DNA of 64,000 nt, taken from Octopus vulgaris (taxonomy: Eukaryota). Under the pieces are notes generated by a model. That model was not told the DNA's origin, did not search any database, and worked only from the letters and a program-made list of their open reading frames with translations. Both the position numbers and the translations under genes were made by a program. Shown here piece after piece: positions 40,655 through 55,243 of the stretch (position 1 is the first letter of the stretch; the number at the start of each line of letters is the position of its first letter). The stretch is from positions 65,410,001 to 65,474,000 of the forward strand of contig OX597817.1 in assembly GCA_951406725.2 (NCBI GenBank), given 5' to 3'.

Positions 40655-41705
40655 CATACATATATGTATACATATATACACACACGCATATGTATGTATG
40701 TGTGTATGTATGTATGTATGTATGTATGTATGTATGTATGTATGTATGTCAGAAACCAAGCACGCAGCTATTATTCATGAGCTTTGAAGTGATTCTGCAT
40801 ATTGTACATAGAAGATCAGAAATACTAGCTACATCCGTGAGTAGAGTACTGTTCTCATGTGTGTTTATGCGTATGTGAGTGTGCGCGCACGCGCGCGTGT
40901 GTTTGTTTGTGGACTGAAGAGCTGTATAAAAATACAGACATTTACTTCTTGGACTCATCCGGTTGAACAAAATATTCAACGTTTACTTTTCCAAGACACT
41001 AAGATTAGTTTGAGGGAGATTTAACTGCTATGATAAAACACGTTGTAGCTATGATCATCGCGTCTTTTTTTCTACATATTATTGAAGGCGATTGGCCTTG
41101 TTTTGAAAGAGATTTGACAGCATGTCAAATTTCTGGCATGTCGAGAGACCGCATAGATATCTCAGATCACACCCTACCGTCTGAAGGAACACATGATCCA
41201 ATGTCTTCTTTAAAACATTGTAATTTGAGGATAATTTAGCGGTTATGTTTTGCAGAGAAAGGGACCACATACAACCTCCCTCGTTGGCACGTACTCAAAT
41301 TTGAAATTACCGAGGTGTCAGGTAGAAAACTAAACTTCAAATGACCTGTGTTTATTCAGCCACTTGTATTTAGACATTTACCGCAGTTTTGACTCTAATG
41401 TATTTTTTATATTGTAATGTAAATGCAAAATCAGTGTTTATATATACATTGTATATAATGTTTACATGTGCGTGTATGTGTGCGTGCGCGCGCATGTATG
41501 CGTGTGTATATTTTGTACAACATACGAAAGAAACAAATACTACAGAGCTGCACACACACACTCACATGCACGTGCGCACACGTACGGATGTACTTACGCA
41601 CATACATATATACATACATACATGTGTGTTCACATTTGGCTATAACATATATTAGCCGGGAGTGTGTACATATAGATTTCACACCCTCTCACACTCAGTT
41701 ATATA

Positions 41706-41745
<40 letters not shown>

Positions 41746-42154
41746 AACTATTATACACATATACAAAAGGACGGCGCCTTCCCTAGCTACAGTCACACTA
41801 CTCATGCATTAAACCCGAGCTCATCTTAATCACACTCCTGTGTGTTTGAAAGCCTTTACCGTCTCGGTTTCCACCATTTTAAATATGGAGTTAGGTTGAA
41901 ATTCGCGTGTAGACATTTGTTTTCTTTACAGTTTTTTCTGATTTTTTTCTTCTTTTTCTTCTCTCTTCTCTCGTTCATTCTTTGGGTCTGAAGGTTTTAA
42001 GACACTTTTATTTCTCTTCCTCTGGAAGTGTGAATAATAATTATAACATTTATTGTACTTTATGTTGTGTGTTATGATATTTTCTTGATTATATTTTATA
42101 CATCCGCCCGTCAGTCTGTCCGCCTGTCTGTCTATCTGTCTGTCTATCTGTCTG

Positions 42155-42212
<58 letters not shown>

Positions 42213-42626
42213 ATCAACTCTCATCAACTCTCATCAACTTCTTCAAGTACCACTTGAAAAGGAAAGTGAGAGTAGAGAGGCAAGTTTTGTCTAGCGAATG
42301 TTTTAAACTTGCTTTCCCCTTTACACCATATATCATAACACTGTGATACACGATCCCTATTGATCGTTCCTTTTTTTTTCCTCTCCCCCTTTTTTCCCAT
42401 TTTTTCTTCTTTTTTCATTTCTCTTTTCTTTTGTTCCTTTCCCTTTTTTTTTCTTTTATTCTTTTTATTTTTTATTCTATTTTTTTTAATTTTTTTCTTT
42501 TCTTCCCTTTTACGATCCCTCTTGATCCAAAACCTACGCCACCCCCTTTTTTTCATCCCCCAAAAGAAAAGCTCTACCTTGTAACTTGTCCCATCTGTGT
42601 GCAGCCCTGTGTGGCCAATAAAGAAA

Positions 42627-42730
<104 letters not shown>

Positions 42731-43576
42731 GTATCTATCTATCTATCTAGCTAGCTATCAATCTATCTATTTAGCTAGCAAGCCACACACACACACACGT
42801 GTTACATGTGTATTATATTCATGTATTTGTTTATCTATCTTCCTGTCTTCTGAATATTTATATATACGTATGCACGCGCAAGTGTGTGTATGCGTGTAAT
42901 TTATACATTTATGTCTATATGGGAAATAGATTTTTTTCTATTCGACATTTTATATTGAAAACATAACTGTTCCAATAGCTTTTTTTTTTGTATTAGGTTT
43001 CTTCGCAAGAACCCTGGTTGTTTCTATGGGGCAATAGATTTCCTATATAAATGTTCATAATTTTTTCCAGACTATCTTAGTTCCCTCACTAGGAATTGGA
43101 ATGTTGTAGGTTTCTATGTTACTGTTTTCACAGTGGCTGCCTTTTATTTATACCAAAAATTGGTTATTAATTGTGAAAGCAATACTTCTATCACAATACA
43201 AAGCTAAAATTAACAACATACATATGTCACAAACAGGCAAAGCACGTGACAGATAACGTGTAGCTTCAACAGCCATATTATGGCGTGTATGTATGTATAT
43301 ATATGTGTGTGTGTGTGTGTGTATGTGCATTTGTGTGTGTGTTGAACACACACAGATACACACACACACGAGGTGAGTGCTGAGGAGTTCATGGCTTTGG
43401 GCAGAAAAGAATAAAAGTGGATCAGTTGATTATGATTTTGCTCCACATATTCCCCTCTCAGGTTCACACATTCATTGCAGCGGTCTTTCAGTTCCTCTAA
43501 GCCCTGTAAAAGAACTGGGAAGGTTGGCCTCCACCCAGGTCATTCGAGGCACCAGGAACTTTTGAATACCTCCTCG

Positions 43577-43616
<40 letters not shown>

Positions 43617-44212
43617 GGAAGTGAGTGACTTCCAAATCTCTGTAGAGAACGGATATATCTTCTTGCTGATATCTATCTACAATTATGCGATTCTTTAAAC
43701 TATGACATTTCTGGAATTATTTGCTTCTTCTTGTCTTTTTTTGTTGCCTTCATCTTGTCTTATTCGTTGAAGGTAGAGATAGCTTTTATACCGTATATGA
43801 GTGAGTGGAAGGGAATGAAGGTGCGTTAATATGTACGTCAAGTCGTAAGAGTGTGTATGTGTGTGTGTGTGTGTATGTGTGTGTTTGCAGTATACGATGA
43901 GCTCCAGCTCCGACATATGTGATGTTATAAACAAAAATGTAACAATTGCGGTGAATAACACAATCAGAACCGTTACAAATAACATTAAAAATAATATTGA
44001 GTCATTGATGAACACCTGTTTGTACTTGTATCTACGTCTACGCAGGAATGCGGATGTGGCTTTATACATACATACATACATACATACATACATACATACA
44101 TACATACATACATACATACATACATACATACATACATTCATACATACATACATACATACATACAGACATACAGACAGACAGACAGACATGCATACGTACA
44201 TATACACATACT

Positions 44213-44256
<44 letters not shown>

Positions 44257-44351
44257 TAATCCAAACAAGAAAACACAAAAAACACAACAACGCGAGGACG
44301 TGGAACAAATATAGTATTATTGGACGCTCCGGAAAGAAGGGAAGAGGGAGG

Positions 44352-44386
44352 GTTTAACGTTTCAAGCGGAGCTCTTCGTCGGAAAC
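44352..44386 (-). ncRNA. Minimal hammerhead-like motif (core variant CCGACGA) in a short dispersed element of about 44255-44460
   Basis: gttt-CCGACGA-agagc-tcc-gctt-GAAAC-GTT-aaac. The downstream flank (CCACGTCCTCGCGTTGTTG) is shared with 52691-52800. Confidence 0.55.
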
Positions 44387-44460
44387 ATAGGAGAAGGAAA
44401 GATCCAGAGAAGAGAAGACAGGAAAAAAATCGCCAACGGTACACACGAGGTCACATTTTG

Positions 44461-44525
<65 letters not shown>

Positions 44526-44526
<1 letters not shown>

Positions 44527-44760
44527 TAGCAGTATAGCCCGGCGTTGTTTGGGTTTGTTTTTTAGTTGCGCTTAAAACGGCAGACTTTGATGTCGCGTTA
44601 ACAAAGTTCTGATTTGGTTTCAATCTTTTTGAAAAGTAAAAATTTTGCATTATATAGCTTGGTATTCTCTTTAAGTTAACATTTTCCTGGTTGAAATACA
44701 CCGAAAAATGGCGACACAACAGTAAAAAAAACGTAAGAAGTAGGGATAGCAAGCTGCTTA
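44526..44760 (-). mobile_element. Helitron 3' terminal fragment
   Basis: Minus strand ends CCCAAACAACGCCGGGCTATACTG-CTAG|T. Confidence 0.6.
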
Positions 44761-46619
44761 AATATTAAGACAATGAAAGTGCATAGCATTATCTTATGGT
44801 TTCCGTGTATTAAATACAACAAACACAACCCACTGAAAACATGCACACACACACACATACACGCACGCACACACACACACATGCAACACTCCCTCTTCAC
44901 AAACTGTTTTGCGTATTGTCAACATGGAGGCGTTTCTACTCCAGAGCGCACTGGCCACGAGAGGACGATAATGTTCTTGTTATAAAGCAAGAAACAATTA
45001 TTCATCCTGTAAAGTACCAGTAGATCTCCGTTACCTCGTCATGGTTATTTTACTGACAGTTGGAATGTGCATATAAGACCCTTTCTTTCAATGATATTGA
45101 GACTATATTGGATATTTAATAATATCTAAAGCTATTTAATGAGATTCAGTTATATGTCAAGTGTAGTTTTACTTTCACTTGTGAAATGTAAAAAAAAAAA
45201 GAAAATTCCTGATCGTTCACCTAACTTCAATGCTAGAAGAGGGATCAATACTCAAAAAGGCTGCTTCCACCTCCTAAAAGTAGCAGCCAGATCTCCCTCT
45301 AACCGCTTTGTACAGTTTCCAAGAACAAAATGGATACATTAGTTTAATTTAATGATAAAGAGAGCATGCCTGAATAAAAGACAGAATGATTGCGGTCGGA
45401 TCAGGTATCATCTAATGTTTGCTCGATTAGAGTTCACCTAGTGTTAAATAACACAAAAAATAATGGCTATTATAAGACAGACAATAGAGGAGCTTCCATG
45501 AGTCACTCGAACTGCTAGATATAGTAACTAATTCATACACAAACCACATGTTCCGCTGTTTCAAATAATAGAGAGGCTACTCTCGATAATGCGGATCTAG
45601 ATCTATTAAATAACAGGATGGTCACGGCTATAAAGTCTATGATCGTATATCTGCAAGATTAAGGCTGAACCGGGGCAAAACAATAACTATTATTTCAACA
45701 ATAACAACTATTGTAAGATAGCAGGCTGATGTCATATGTTTATCATGCTACGTATTATTGTTGCTTAGTAATAAATCACCTTTGGTCAAAAGTGTTCTAG
45801 TAGTGACCATCCAGTCGTTTTGTATATCTAGGACTACATCATTTGCCCTTCTTGCCACTCTTTCCTTTCTTCATTTTCAAACGTAATGTAGCTAGAACTA
45901 TGATACCCCATGTTAAAGACAGCAAGGCGTAATTTATTTAAGGGAGATTGAAGTACTATTTTTAGTAGACTAAGTGACCACGTAGACCAGTTTATTGGTT
46001 GATGTTTATCCCCAAGTCAGCACTGATCGAACAGAACCATGATCAAAGGCATTCCATAAGTGACTGCCCGGTCCTTTTATCGTATATAAGGAAACCAGGA
46101 CCGATATGTGCTTTTCTAAGCTGTTAGGACTTGGTTTGTGAACAACAGCGTCGGATTTGAATACAGTTTCTACCATGATGCAGTAAATCCTGTTTCACGT
46201 TCATTGCCAGCTGACATACATTGATTGGTTCACCGCCCCCAAAAGGATGGAAGTTGTAGCTCACCTGGGGTTTACTATCTAATTAAGATCCCCCTTTGGT
46301 TTATTTATCTATTTATTGATGTATCAATAGCACATTTTCTAAACATGATATCTTTTAATCTGACGTACAATCTCACCTCCCCACTTATTATATGAAGGGA
46401 ATATTTATGTAGGTGAGTATCATGGGACAAGGTTGCAGGTAGAGAAAGATTGTAGGGGAAGTATGTCAGTGGATAAGTATAGAGAGAGAGGGGAGCGGAA
46501 AGAGAGAGTGAGAGTGAGGGGGAGTAAGGTGAGAAGAGAGAAACAGACAGAGAAAGAGACAAAGTAAGACAAGGTGAAAAAAAACACGAAAGAACGTTCG
46601 GAGGAGAGAAAAGACAAGA

Positions 46620-46765
<146 letters not shown>

Positions 46766-47028
46766 AAGAGAGAAGGAGAGAGAAAGAGAAGCGTAGATTT
46801 AGAGTATAAGAGAGAGAGAGAGAGAGGGAGAGAGAAAGAAAGAAAGAAAGAAAGAGAGAAAGAGAAAGTTGTGGGCTATGGAAGAACAAACGATATGGAA
46901 AAAGAAAGGAACATAAAAATGCAGAGAAGAGAGAATAAGTGAGAAAGTAAAAGAAGGGACAGAGTCCTTCAGGGAGGTATAGAATATGCGAAAGAGAAAG
47001 AGAAGCTGAGTGAGAGAGAAAATTAGAG

Positions 47029-47107
<79 letters not shown>

Positions 47108-47598
47108 GTTGATGCCGGAAATATGAGAGGGGGAAAGGGAAGATTGCTACAGAAAAACAAAAATCCAAGAAGGGAAGAAAACAGAAAGGAGGAGGATGGA
47201 CGATAGGTAAAAGAAGGTTTCGTTTCCCAGATGGATTCGATTAATGAGAGATAAAAAAAAATGAAATACGCAAGTAAAATTCTTGATGGATTTTTTACGC
47301 CATAAAAATATTCGTTTTTATACAAATCAAAGAATTTTAATACTTCTTTATTACAATTATTGTATGTATGATATTCTGATAAATAAATATATAAATTTGT
47401 ATAAATATACAAATTTATGTTTATTCATTATGAAAATTTTAATAATAATCAATGTTCCTGGCATAATTATCCGTGTGTTGATGGTTTTCATTTTTTGTTA
47501 CATCAAAGATATACATTAGCACACAACTCTCCGATTTCCTGAATTATTTTCCTCTTACATACAATACGTTTGAACATGCATGCCTTTACATGAAATCC

Positions 47599-47709
<111 letters not shown>

Positions 47710-49203
47710 GTTTGCTCGATCGACCGAGCAGTCGAGCGATTTATCTATGCAAACGAGAACATGCATATAAATGTGTATTCGTGCATAAATGAGACAATCA
47801 GGGACAATCGACTGGGATAGGAAACTTTCGGGACCATAACCAGCGTCCAGTGATTTTCTCCAGAGAATAACTGAAGGCGAACACACGCGCGCACGCACAC
47901 ACATATTTACTAGTTCGAATATGCTATCTTAAATATAGTATGTTTTTAAATTCATTTGATATGATTTTATCATATACTTCTGCAGTGTATATGCATAAGT
48001 ATATATATATGTGTGTGTGTGTGAGAGTGTGTGTGTATGTATGTCATGCACATGGGAAGAACGTTGCCAAGACATACAATATAAAAGAAGCTCGAGTGTC
48101 AACAGTGGAAAACGTAAAATAGGGTTATAAATGAAGTGAAATTATGTTAAAAGGACGTGCATTTATAAAGCAATGAATAATTACAGCCTAAATACTGCAA
48201 ATAAATTTTAATATATATATATAGAGAGAGACACACTCACACACATACACACTCACTCTCGCCTATACACACACACGTACACACACACACGTCGATGCAT
48301 TTTGATACAATATTCGTTGCTAAACAAAATATCGTTGTAAAGACTGTTATCCTATCTAAGTTTATTTATGTATAGTGAAAAATGAAGCCCATTTCATTCA
48401 CATTGTTATCACTCTTTTGATGCAAACAGAACGAAAGAAGTCTTTTGTTTGTTTGTATATAACATGCATTTATGTAATCAAATATTGTTACGTACGAAGT
48501 GAAAGTGAAGTGAAGTAACCTTGTATGTCGATATTTAAAAGCAATGTAATCTTAGTATTACTTATGTTGAACAGAAAAAAATCCTAAAAGCATATTTACC
48601 GTTGGTACAGCAACAAACTAATAATGCTTAGTAGAACGCTAGCAAAGTATGCAGCAGTTGAAAGCGTAAAAATTTAAGCAGACAGTTATAATATGAAATA
48701 TTGCAAAGTAGTTGCTAACAGAACGTGTATTTAATATTAAAAAAGCAATAATGAATAAATGAAATACTAACTGAAAAAAGACAATGAAACATAAACTGTA
48801 ATAAGAGTGAATCCTACTACCGAAAAAAGTTTCAGCACAATACGTTGTTAGCAACTGAAACAAGTTTACAATAAAATATTACTATTAAAGAAGTAGTAAG
48901 AACACACTATTAATAATAATAAATGTCAAAAAAAAGCAATGAAAATTGTTTAATGGCCTATATCAGACACAAATAGCGAATGAAATTGTCGATATATTCG
49001 ATCATGTAATGCTTGCATAGTAGTAATCCAAATGAAAGGTTACTTGTGTTCGGGCAAGCGCATAAATTGTAGTCCGGTCACAAACATTTAACTCCGATCA
49101 GGGGCAGTATAAACAAAATTACTGTATATCACTGCGCAAGCGTTACTGGAAGTCTATAATAAGTATGTATTATCAAAAATGAAATCGAATAAATATATAT
49201 ATA

Positions 49204-49838
49204 CTAGCAGTATCGCCCGGCGTTGCTCGGGTTTGTAAGGGAAATAACTATATAAGCATTTTTAGAGAGTTATAGCCAAAAAATAGCAAAAAATGCATTA
49301 AAAATGGAAAAAATATGATGGTAAATTTTTTTTAAATCGTTGACTCATCGTAGACATTTTTAGAGAGTTACTTCCCTTATATAATAGCGAAAAAATGCAT
49401 TAAAATGGAAAAAAAACGATGGTAATTTTTTTTTAAATCGTAGACTCATGTAGACGCTTTCTTAGCCATTTCTGTTTTGGTGTCTTCAAGCCATGAAGTC
49501 GTTGTTCTAAAAGAACACTGGTCTCCTTGACAACGCATTACGACGTTGATTTCCTTACACTCCCTTCCCCACAGGTGCAGGTGTGAGCGTGGACGCCAAC
49601 TCCGCCGCCATCGACACACGAAAAATTATGCATTAAAATGGAATAAAAAATGATGCTAAATTATTTTTAAAATCGTAGACTCATCGTAGACGCGCGCTAA
49701 TATTCAGACGGGCTCGATATGAATCACGACTATAAGCTACCCGAATTTGGTTAAACTGTACCGCAAAATGTGGGAGTAGTTAGGAATCTAAATCGAAGGG
49801 GACAGACACTCACACAACTACAGTTTTATATATATAGA
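49204..49838 (-). mobile_element. Non-autonomous Helitron, family A
   Basis: 5' TCTATATATATAAAA, 3' hairpin CCCGAGCAACGCCGGG + CTAG, inserted at A|T, with internal direct repeats. Confidence 0.88.
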
Positions 49839-49884
49839 TATACATAGCGCAGTAGTGGTGAGATATGACAGCAAAGAAAAGCAT

Positions 49885-50220
49885 ACATTCACTCTCTGCA
49901 TGCAATTAGACTCGGAAAGTTCGTGAGGAACCCATTGACCCAATTTGCTGACTTTTCCGATAGCACACAGGTGTCAATGAATGGTTGAATGACCAAATCC
50001 AAGCTTCTCTGCTAGTTCCTCAACAGTTACGATGATATTTTGTTCCACCAGGGTTTTCAGGATGTCCTTGTCGAGTTCTACAGATCTTTCAGGATGAGGC
50101 TCGTCTTCTAGGCTGTAGTTTATGGCTCGGGATTTCTGGAACCACCATTGACACTGCCTTACGCTTATTGTCCAATCCCCATATACTGCATTAATATTTC
50201 TTGTACTTTGCACACATTTA
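49885..50220 (-). pseudogene. Mariner transposase N-terminal (HTH) fragment
   Basis: TRNINAVYGD..ISVRQCQWWFQK....YSLEDE...R.....D.LK.LVEQN...TVEELAEKLG..HSTIH. Confidence 0.85.
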
Positions 50221-50273
50221 TATTCTGTTATTCTTTTATATGTTTCAGCCTTGAGGTTGTGGCCATGCTGGAT

Positions 50274-50304
<31 letters not shown>

Positions 50305-50716
50305 CTATCTGTCTGTCTGTCTGTCTGTATGTATATATGTATATGTATGTGTGTGAACAATAATATTTTCAACAGATGTGTTGCAAATGTATCTGATTGT
50401 TCTCAAGCTTCAATACTGTGTGTGTGTGTATGTGTGTGTGTGTATGTATGTATGTATATGTATGTATGTATGTATATGTATGTATGTATGTATGTGTGTA
50501 TGTATGTATGTGTGTGTGTATGTATGTGTGTGTGTATGTGTGTATGTATGTATGTATGTATGTATGTATGCATGTATGTATGTATGTATGTATGAGTGTA
50601 TGTTTACTTTATTACTAATTACTCTCTTCCAAGAACATTTTCACTCACTCTTAGCTCTTAGCTTCCCATATATTTTACTCATGTATCTATCAGCGTCATA
50701 GACAGAATACTTTCAC

Positions 50717-51016
50717 TTTAGTCTTCCTCAAATCACTCTGTCGCTCTTTACTTTCATTTTATTCGTTGCCCACTGTGTGTGTGCATTTGCGTGTGGTGTA
50801 AACCAGACTAAGAAAAGCATTTGACACACACACCAGAATGTGAGTTTTCTGTAAATTTTGCTTAATTGGAGTTTAAATTTTAAAAACTGGACCTGGCATG
50901 ACGCGATGTATTGTACTCTTAAAAATGGTAGGTAAATTGTAATTGAAGAAATCCTATATCGTAGATTTCTATAACTCCCAAAGGGAGGCAGATAAAATCT
51001 ACCTTTTATAATAAGA
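50717..51016 (-). mobile_element. Helitron-like family B 5' segment
   Basis: Reverse complement of TCTTATTATAAAAGG.AGATTTTATCTGCCTCCCTTTGGGAG...; near-identical copies at 52250-52554, 53098-53415 and 55244 onward. Confidence 0.75.
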
Positions 51017-51398
51017 CTAGCAGTATCGCCCGGCGTTGCTCGGGTTTGTAAGGGAAATAACTATATAAGCATTTTTAGAGTTATAGCCAAAAAATGCATT
51101 AAAAATTGAAAAAAAATTAAGGTAAATATTTTTTAAATCGTTGACACATCGTAGATATTTTTAGAGAGTTACTTCCCTTATATAAAAGCGAAAAAAATGC
51201 ATTAAAATGGAAAAATATGATGGTAAATTTTTTTTAAATCGTAGACTCATCGTAGACGCACGCTAATACCCAGAAGGGCTCGATATGAATCACGACTATA
51301 AGATACCCGCTTTTGGTTAAACTGCACCGCAAAATGTGGGAGTAGTTAGGAATCTAAATCGTAGGAGACAGACACACAACTTCACTCTTATATAAAGA
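51017..51398 (-). mobile_element. Non-autonomous Helitron, family A
   Basis: TC...hairpin...CTAG termini, homologous to 49204-49838. Confidence 0.88.
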
Positions 51399-52249
51399 TG
51401 CTTTTTTTTTCAGTCATAGAGTTAGATTTATGAAGGTCTTCAGTAGAAAATCCTTCGAATTCTGACTCGCTGCTTGATATAATGAAATTCGTATCCATTT
51501 TTTGTCAGAATTAAAAATTTTGAAAACACAATAGGAACAAATTTCGGAAAAAAATCTCCCATAATTCACGGAATTAAAATTACACTTCGATTTTTGTACA
51601 AAACTGTAGTTGAAGTGTTTACGAAGTATAATACGTGTTTTCACGAATGTACTAAAGAGATTTGCTCTGATATTCTCATTTAAATATGAATAGGTAAATT
51701 CGGGCGGCTTGGTAACTATATATAAGTGTCGTCTGTTTATACATAAACACTATTTCATACTGCAATTATATATACATATATCTATATATAATATTATATA
51801 ATAAAATATATACAGAGTAAAATAAAAACCAATTTACCTTTTCTGTCCTCCGTGTGTCTTTGCAAATGTGTTGGAATGATAAGTAAGTTGTGTTTTTGCG
51901 CCTTTTTTACTAATAACAAACACACACGTGTTTGTATGTAGTTGTATGTAGTTGTATATGTATGTGTATGCGTGTGTGTGAGGAATGACACACACACACA
52001 CTCACGCACGCACACATGTACATCAATGCTTTCGGAGTGATATGTTAAAATATTGAGTTTTCTCGAATTTTGTCTTAATTGGGGGTGAAATTGAAAGAAA
52101 TATATTATGGCATGAGCGAATGGAGTACTTTGAAAAATCTTAGGTAAATTCTAATTGAAGAAGTTGTGTGAGGATTAAATGGTTATGTATTTATTTGTTT
52201 CTGTTTGCTGTGTTTTTTTATTTTTTGAGTAGTGGTTTAAACACTTTCA

Positions 52250-52554
52250 GTTTAGTCTTCCTCAAATCAATCACTCTGTCGCTATTTACTTTCATTTTAT
52301 TCGTTGCCCACTGTGTGTGTGCGTTTGCGTGTGGTGTAAACCAGACTAAGAAAAGCATTTGACACACACACCAGAATGTGAGTTTTCTGTAAATTTTGCT
52401 TAATTGGAGTTTAAATTTTAAAAACTGGACCTGGCATGACGCGATGCATTGTACTCTCAAAAATGCTAGGTAAATTGTAATTGAAGAAATCCTATATTGT
52501 AGATTTGTATAACTCCCAAAGGGAGGCAGATAAAATCTGCCTTTTATAATAAGA
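52250..52554 (-). mobile_element. Helitron-like family B 5' segment
   Basis: Near-identical to 50717-51016. Confidence 0.75.
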
Positions 52555-52596
<42 letters not shown>

Positions 52597-52690
52597 GTAT
52601 GTGTGTGTGTGTAATGTTCATGGTTTGTTTCATTTGGAGGGGTGTTTATACATATCATTTGTTTCTCTTCCCAGTGCTACATGTCTCTTA

Positions 52691-52723
52691 TTTCTGAAGA
52701 AGGGCTTTGCTCGAAACGTAAAG
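52691..52723 (+). ncRNA. Minimal hammerhead ribozyme motif
   Basis: ttt-CTGAAGA-agggc-ttt-gctc-GAAAC-GTA-aag. Confidence 0.65.
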
Positions 52724-52995
52724 CCATCTCCCTTTCCTTCGCTGAGCATCTGCTAATACTTTGATGTACCACGTCCTTGCGTTGTTGTTTTTTCTTGTGC
52801 TTGTTTTTCATTTTGGGGTGGGGGTTTACTATATATACTTATTGTATTTTACTTATTGTAAAGCCTGGTACTTATTCTAACAGGCCCTTTTTGCTGAACC
52901 ACTAGTTTAAGGTACACAAAAAAAACCAACAGCGGTTATCAAGCGCTGGTGGAGACACACATGAGGTCACACACATAAACACGCATACGCACACA

Positions 52996-53415
<420 letters not shown>

Positions 53416-53473
53416 TTCAACACAGACACGCAAATATATAAATAAAATTGTAAGCTAACGTGCGTGTGTGTGA

Positions 53474-53508
<35 letters not shown>

Positions 53509-53591
53509 TGAGGGTGCGCGCGTGTGTGTGTGTGTGTGTGTGCGTGAGTGTGTGACAGGAAAGTTTTTTACGACGAATATAAGTAGCAGAA

Positions 53592-54072
53592 AGATAAGAC
53601 AGTAAGGTGTGATTTGAGGGAGATTTGGCTGCTATTTCTACCATGTCTAGCTGCCATGTAGGGGTCTCCCTCATAGGCTCATACATACATATATACATAG
53701 ATAAGACAGTAAGGTGTGATTTGGGGGAAATTTGGCTGCTATTTCTACCAGGTCTAGCTGCCATGTAGGGGCCTCCCTCATAGGCTCATACATACATATA
53801 TACATAGATAAGACAGTAAGGTGTGATTTGGGGGAAATTTGGCTGCTATTTCTACCAGGTCTAGCTGCCATGTAGGGGTCTCCCTCATAGGCTCATACAT
53901 ACATATATACATAGATAAGACAGTAAGGTGTGATTTGGGGGAAATTTGGCTGCTATTTCTACCAGGTCTAGCTACCATGTAGAGGTCCCCCTCATTGGCT
54001 CGTATATATATACATACATAAGACAGTAAGGTGTGATTTGAGGGAGATTTGGCTGCTGTTTCTACCAGGTCT
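53592..54072. repeat. 107 bp tandem minisatellite, ~4.5 copies
   Basis: Unit AGATAAGACAGTAAGGTGTGATTTG...CATAGGCTCATACATACATATATACAT at 53592, 53699, 53806, 53913 and about 54016. Confidence 0.95.
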
Positions 54073-54142
54073 GTTAGGCCTTCTCATGTAAACTCAAGCT
54101 TTCTTATGCCTTGAACATAAGACCAAAGCAGAGAATGTATTC

Positions 54143-54350
54143 TTTTATTCTTCTGCTTTTTCCAGCCATTGGTCTGTGGCCATGCTGGGGCAATGCCTTG
54201 AAGAATTGTAGTTTAATGAATCAACTCCAGTTTTATTTTTGTAAGCATTGTACTTATTCTATCTGTTTCCTTTGTCAAACCACTAGGTGACAGGGATGTA
54301 AACAAACCAACATTCGTTGTCAAGCAGTGGTGGAGGACAATCACAAGCAC
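54143..54350 (-). mobile_element. SINE 3' half
   Basis: Reverse complement of the 6800-6975 tail family. Confidence 0.7.
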
Positions 54351-54413
54351 AGACACGCACACACACACACATACATGCATACATACATATATATATATGT
54401 GTGTATATATATA

Positions 54414-54672
54414 TTGCAGCGTGGAAGGTGTTTGTAAGCCATTTAAGAAACAAACAGGGACCGTTACATCCACTTCAACATTTAAGTTTCATTTGCCAAA
54501 GTGTTTTCGTCGCTTTGAGACCGCGACCTGTTCACTGACAAAAATATCGTGCTAACAGGTCGCGGTCTCAAAGCGACGAAAGTGTTTTGACAAATTAAGT
54601 TTGAATGTTGAAGTGAATCAAACGGTTTTTGTGTGTTTCTTAAATGGCTTATAAACACCTTCAACGCTGCAA
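54414..54672. repeat. ~260 bp imperfect fold-back palindrome
   Basis: TTGCAGCGTGGAAGGTGTTT...TTTCGTCGCTTTGAGACCGCGACCTGTT pairs with AACAGGTCGCGGTCTCAAAGCGACGAAA...AAACACCTTCAACGCTGCAA. Confidence 0.92.
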
Positions 54673-54745
54673 CTGTTTTCGTTCCAGCACACGATCTCAG
54701 ATCAAGTCACTTGCTATGCAAGTACATCTCTGTAACTATTTATAC

Positions 54746-54783
<38 letters not shown>

Positions 54784-54850
54784 ATATTGTTAAAAACAGT
54801 AAGATAACAAAAGAAAGAAAGAGACCTCAATATTATGTAAATAGAGGAAA

Positions 54851-55243
54851 TCTTTATATATAAAAGTGAGGTTGTGTGTCTGTCTCCTACGATTTAGATT
54901 CCTAACTACTCCCACATTTTGCGGTGCAGTTTAACCAAAACCGGGTATCTTATAGTCGTGATTCATATCGAGACCGTCTGTGTATTAGCGCGCGTCTACG
55001 ATGAGTCTACGATTAAAAAAAAAATTACCATCAATTTTTCCCATTTTTAATCCATTTTTGACATATATAAGGGAAGTAACTCTCTAAAATTTATTATTAA
55101 ATCTCAGAACGTAAAAAGCTACAGTAACACCCTCCCCCTTTGTGGTTAGCCATATTGAGATGGCTATTATACTTTACATCTCTAAAAATGCTTATATAAT
55201 TATTTCCCTTACAAACCCGAGCAACGCCGGGCGATACTGCTAG
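54851..55243 (+). mobile_element. Non-autonomous Helitron, family A
   Basis: A|TCTTTATATATAAAAG ... CCCGAGCAACGCCGGG-CGATACTG-CTAG|T. Confidence 0.9.

Noticed and set aside
40913-40945. CTGAAGA followed by a hairpin
   Set aside because: No GAAA/NUH half
53592-54072. CRISPR-like regular repeats
   Set aside because: The units repeat in full with no unique spacers, the context is eukaryotic, and there are no cas genes
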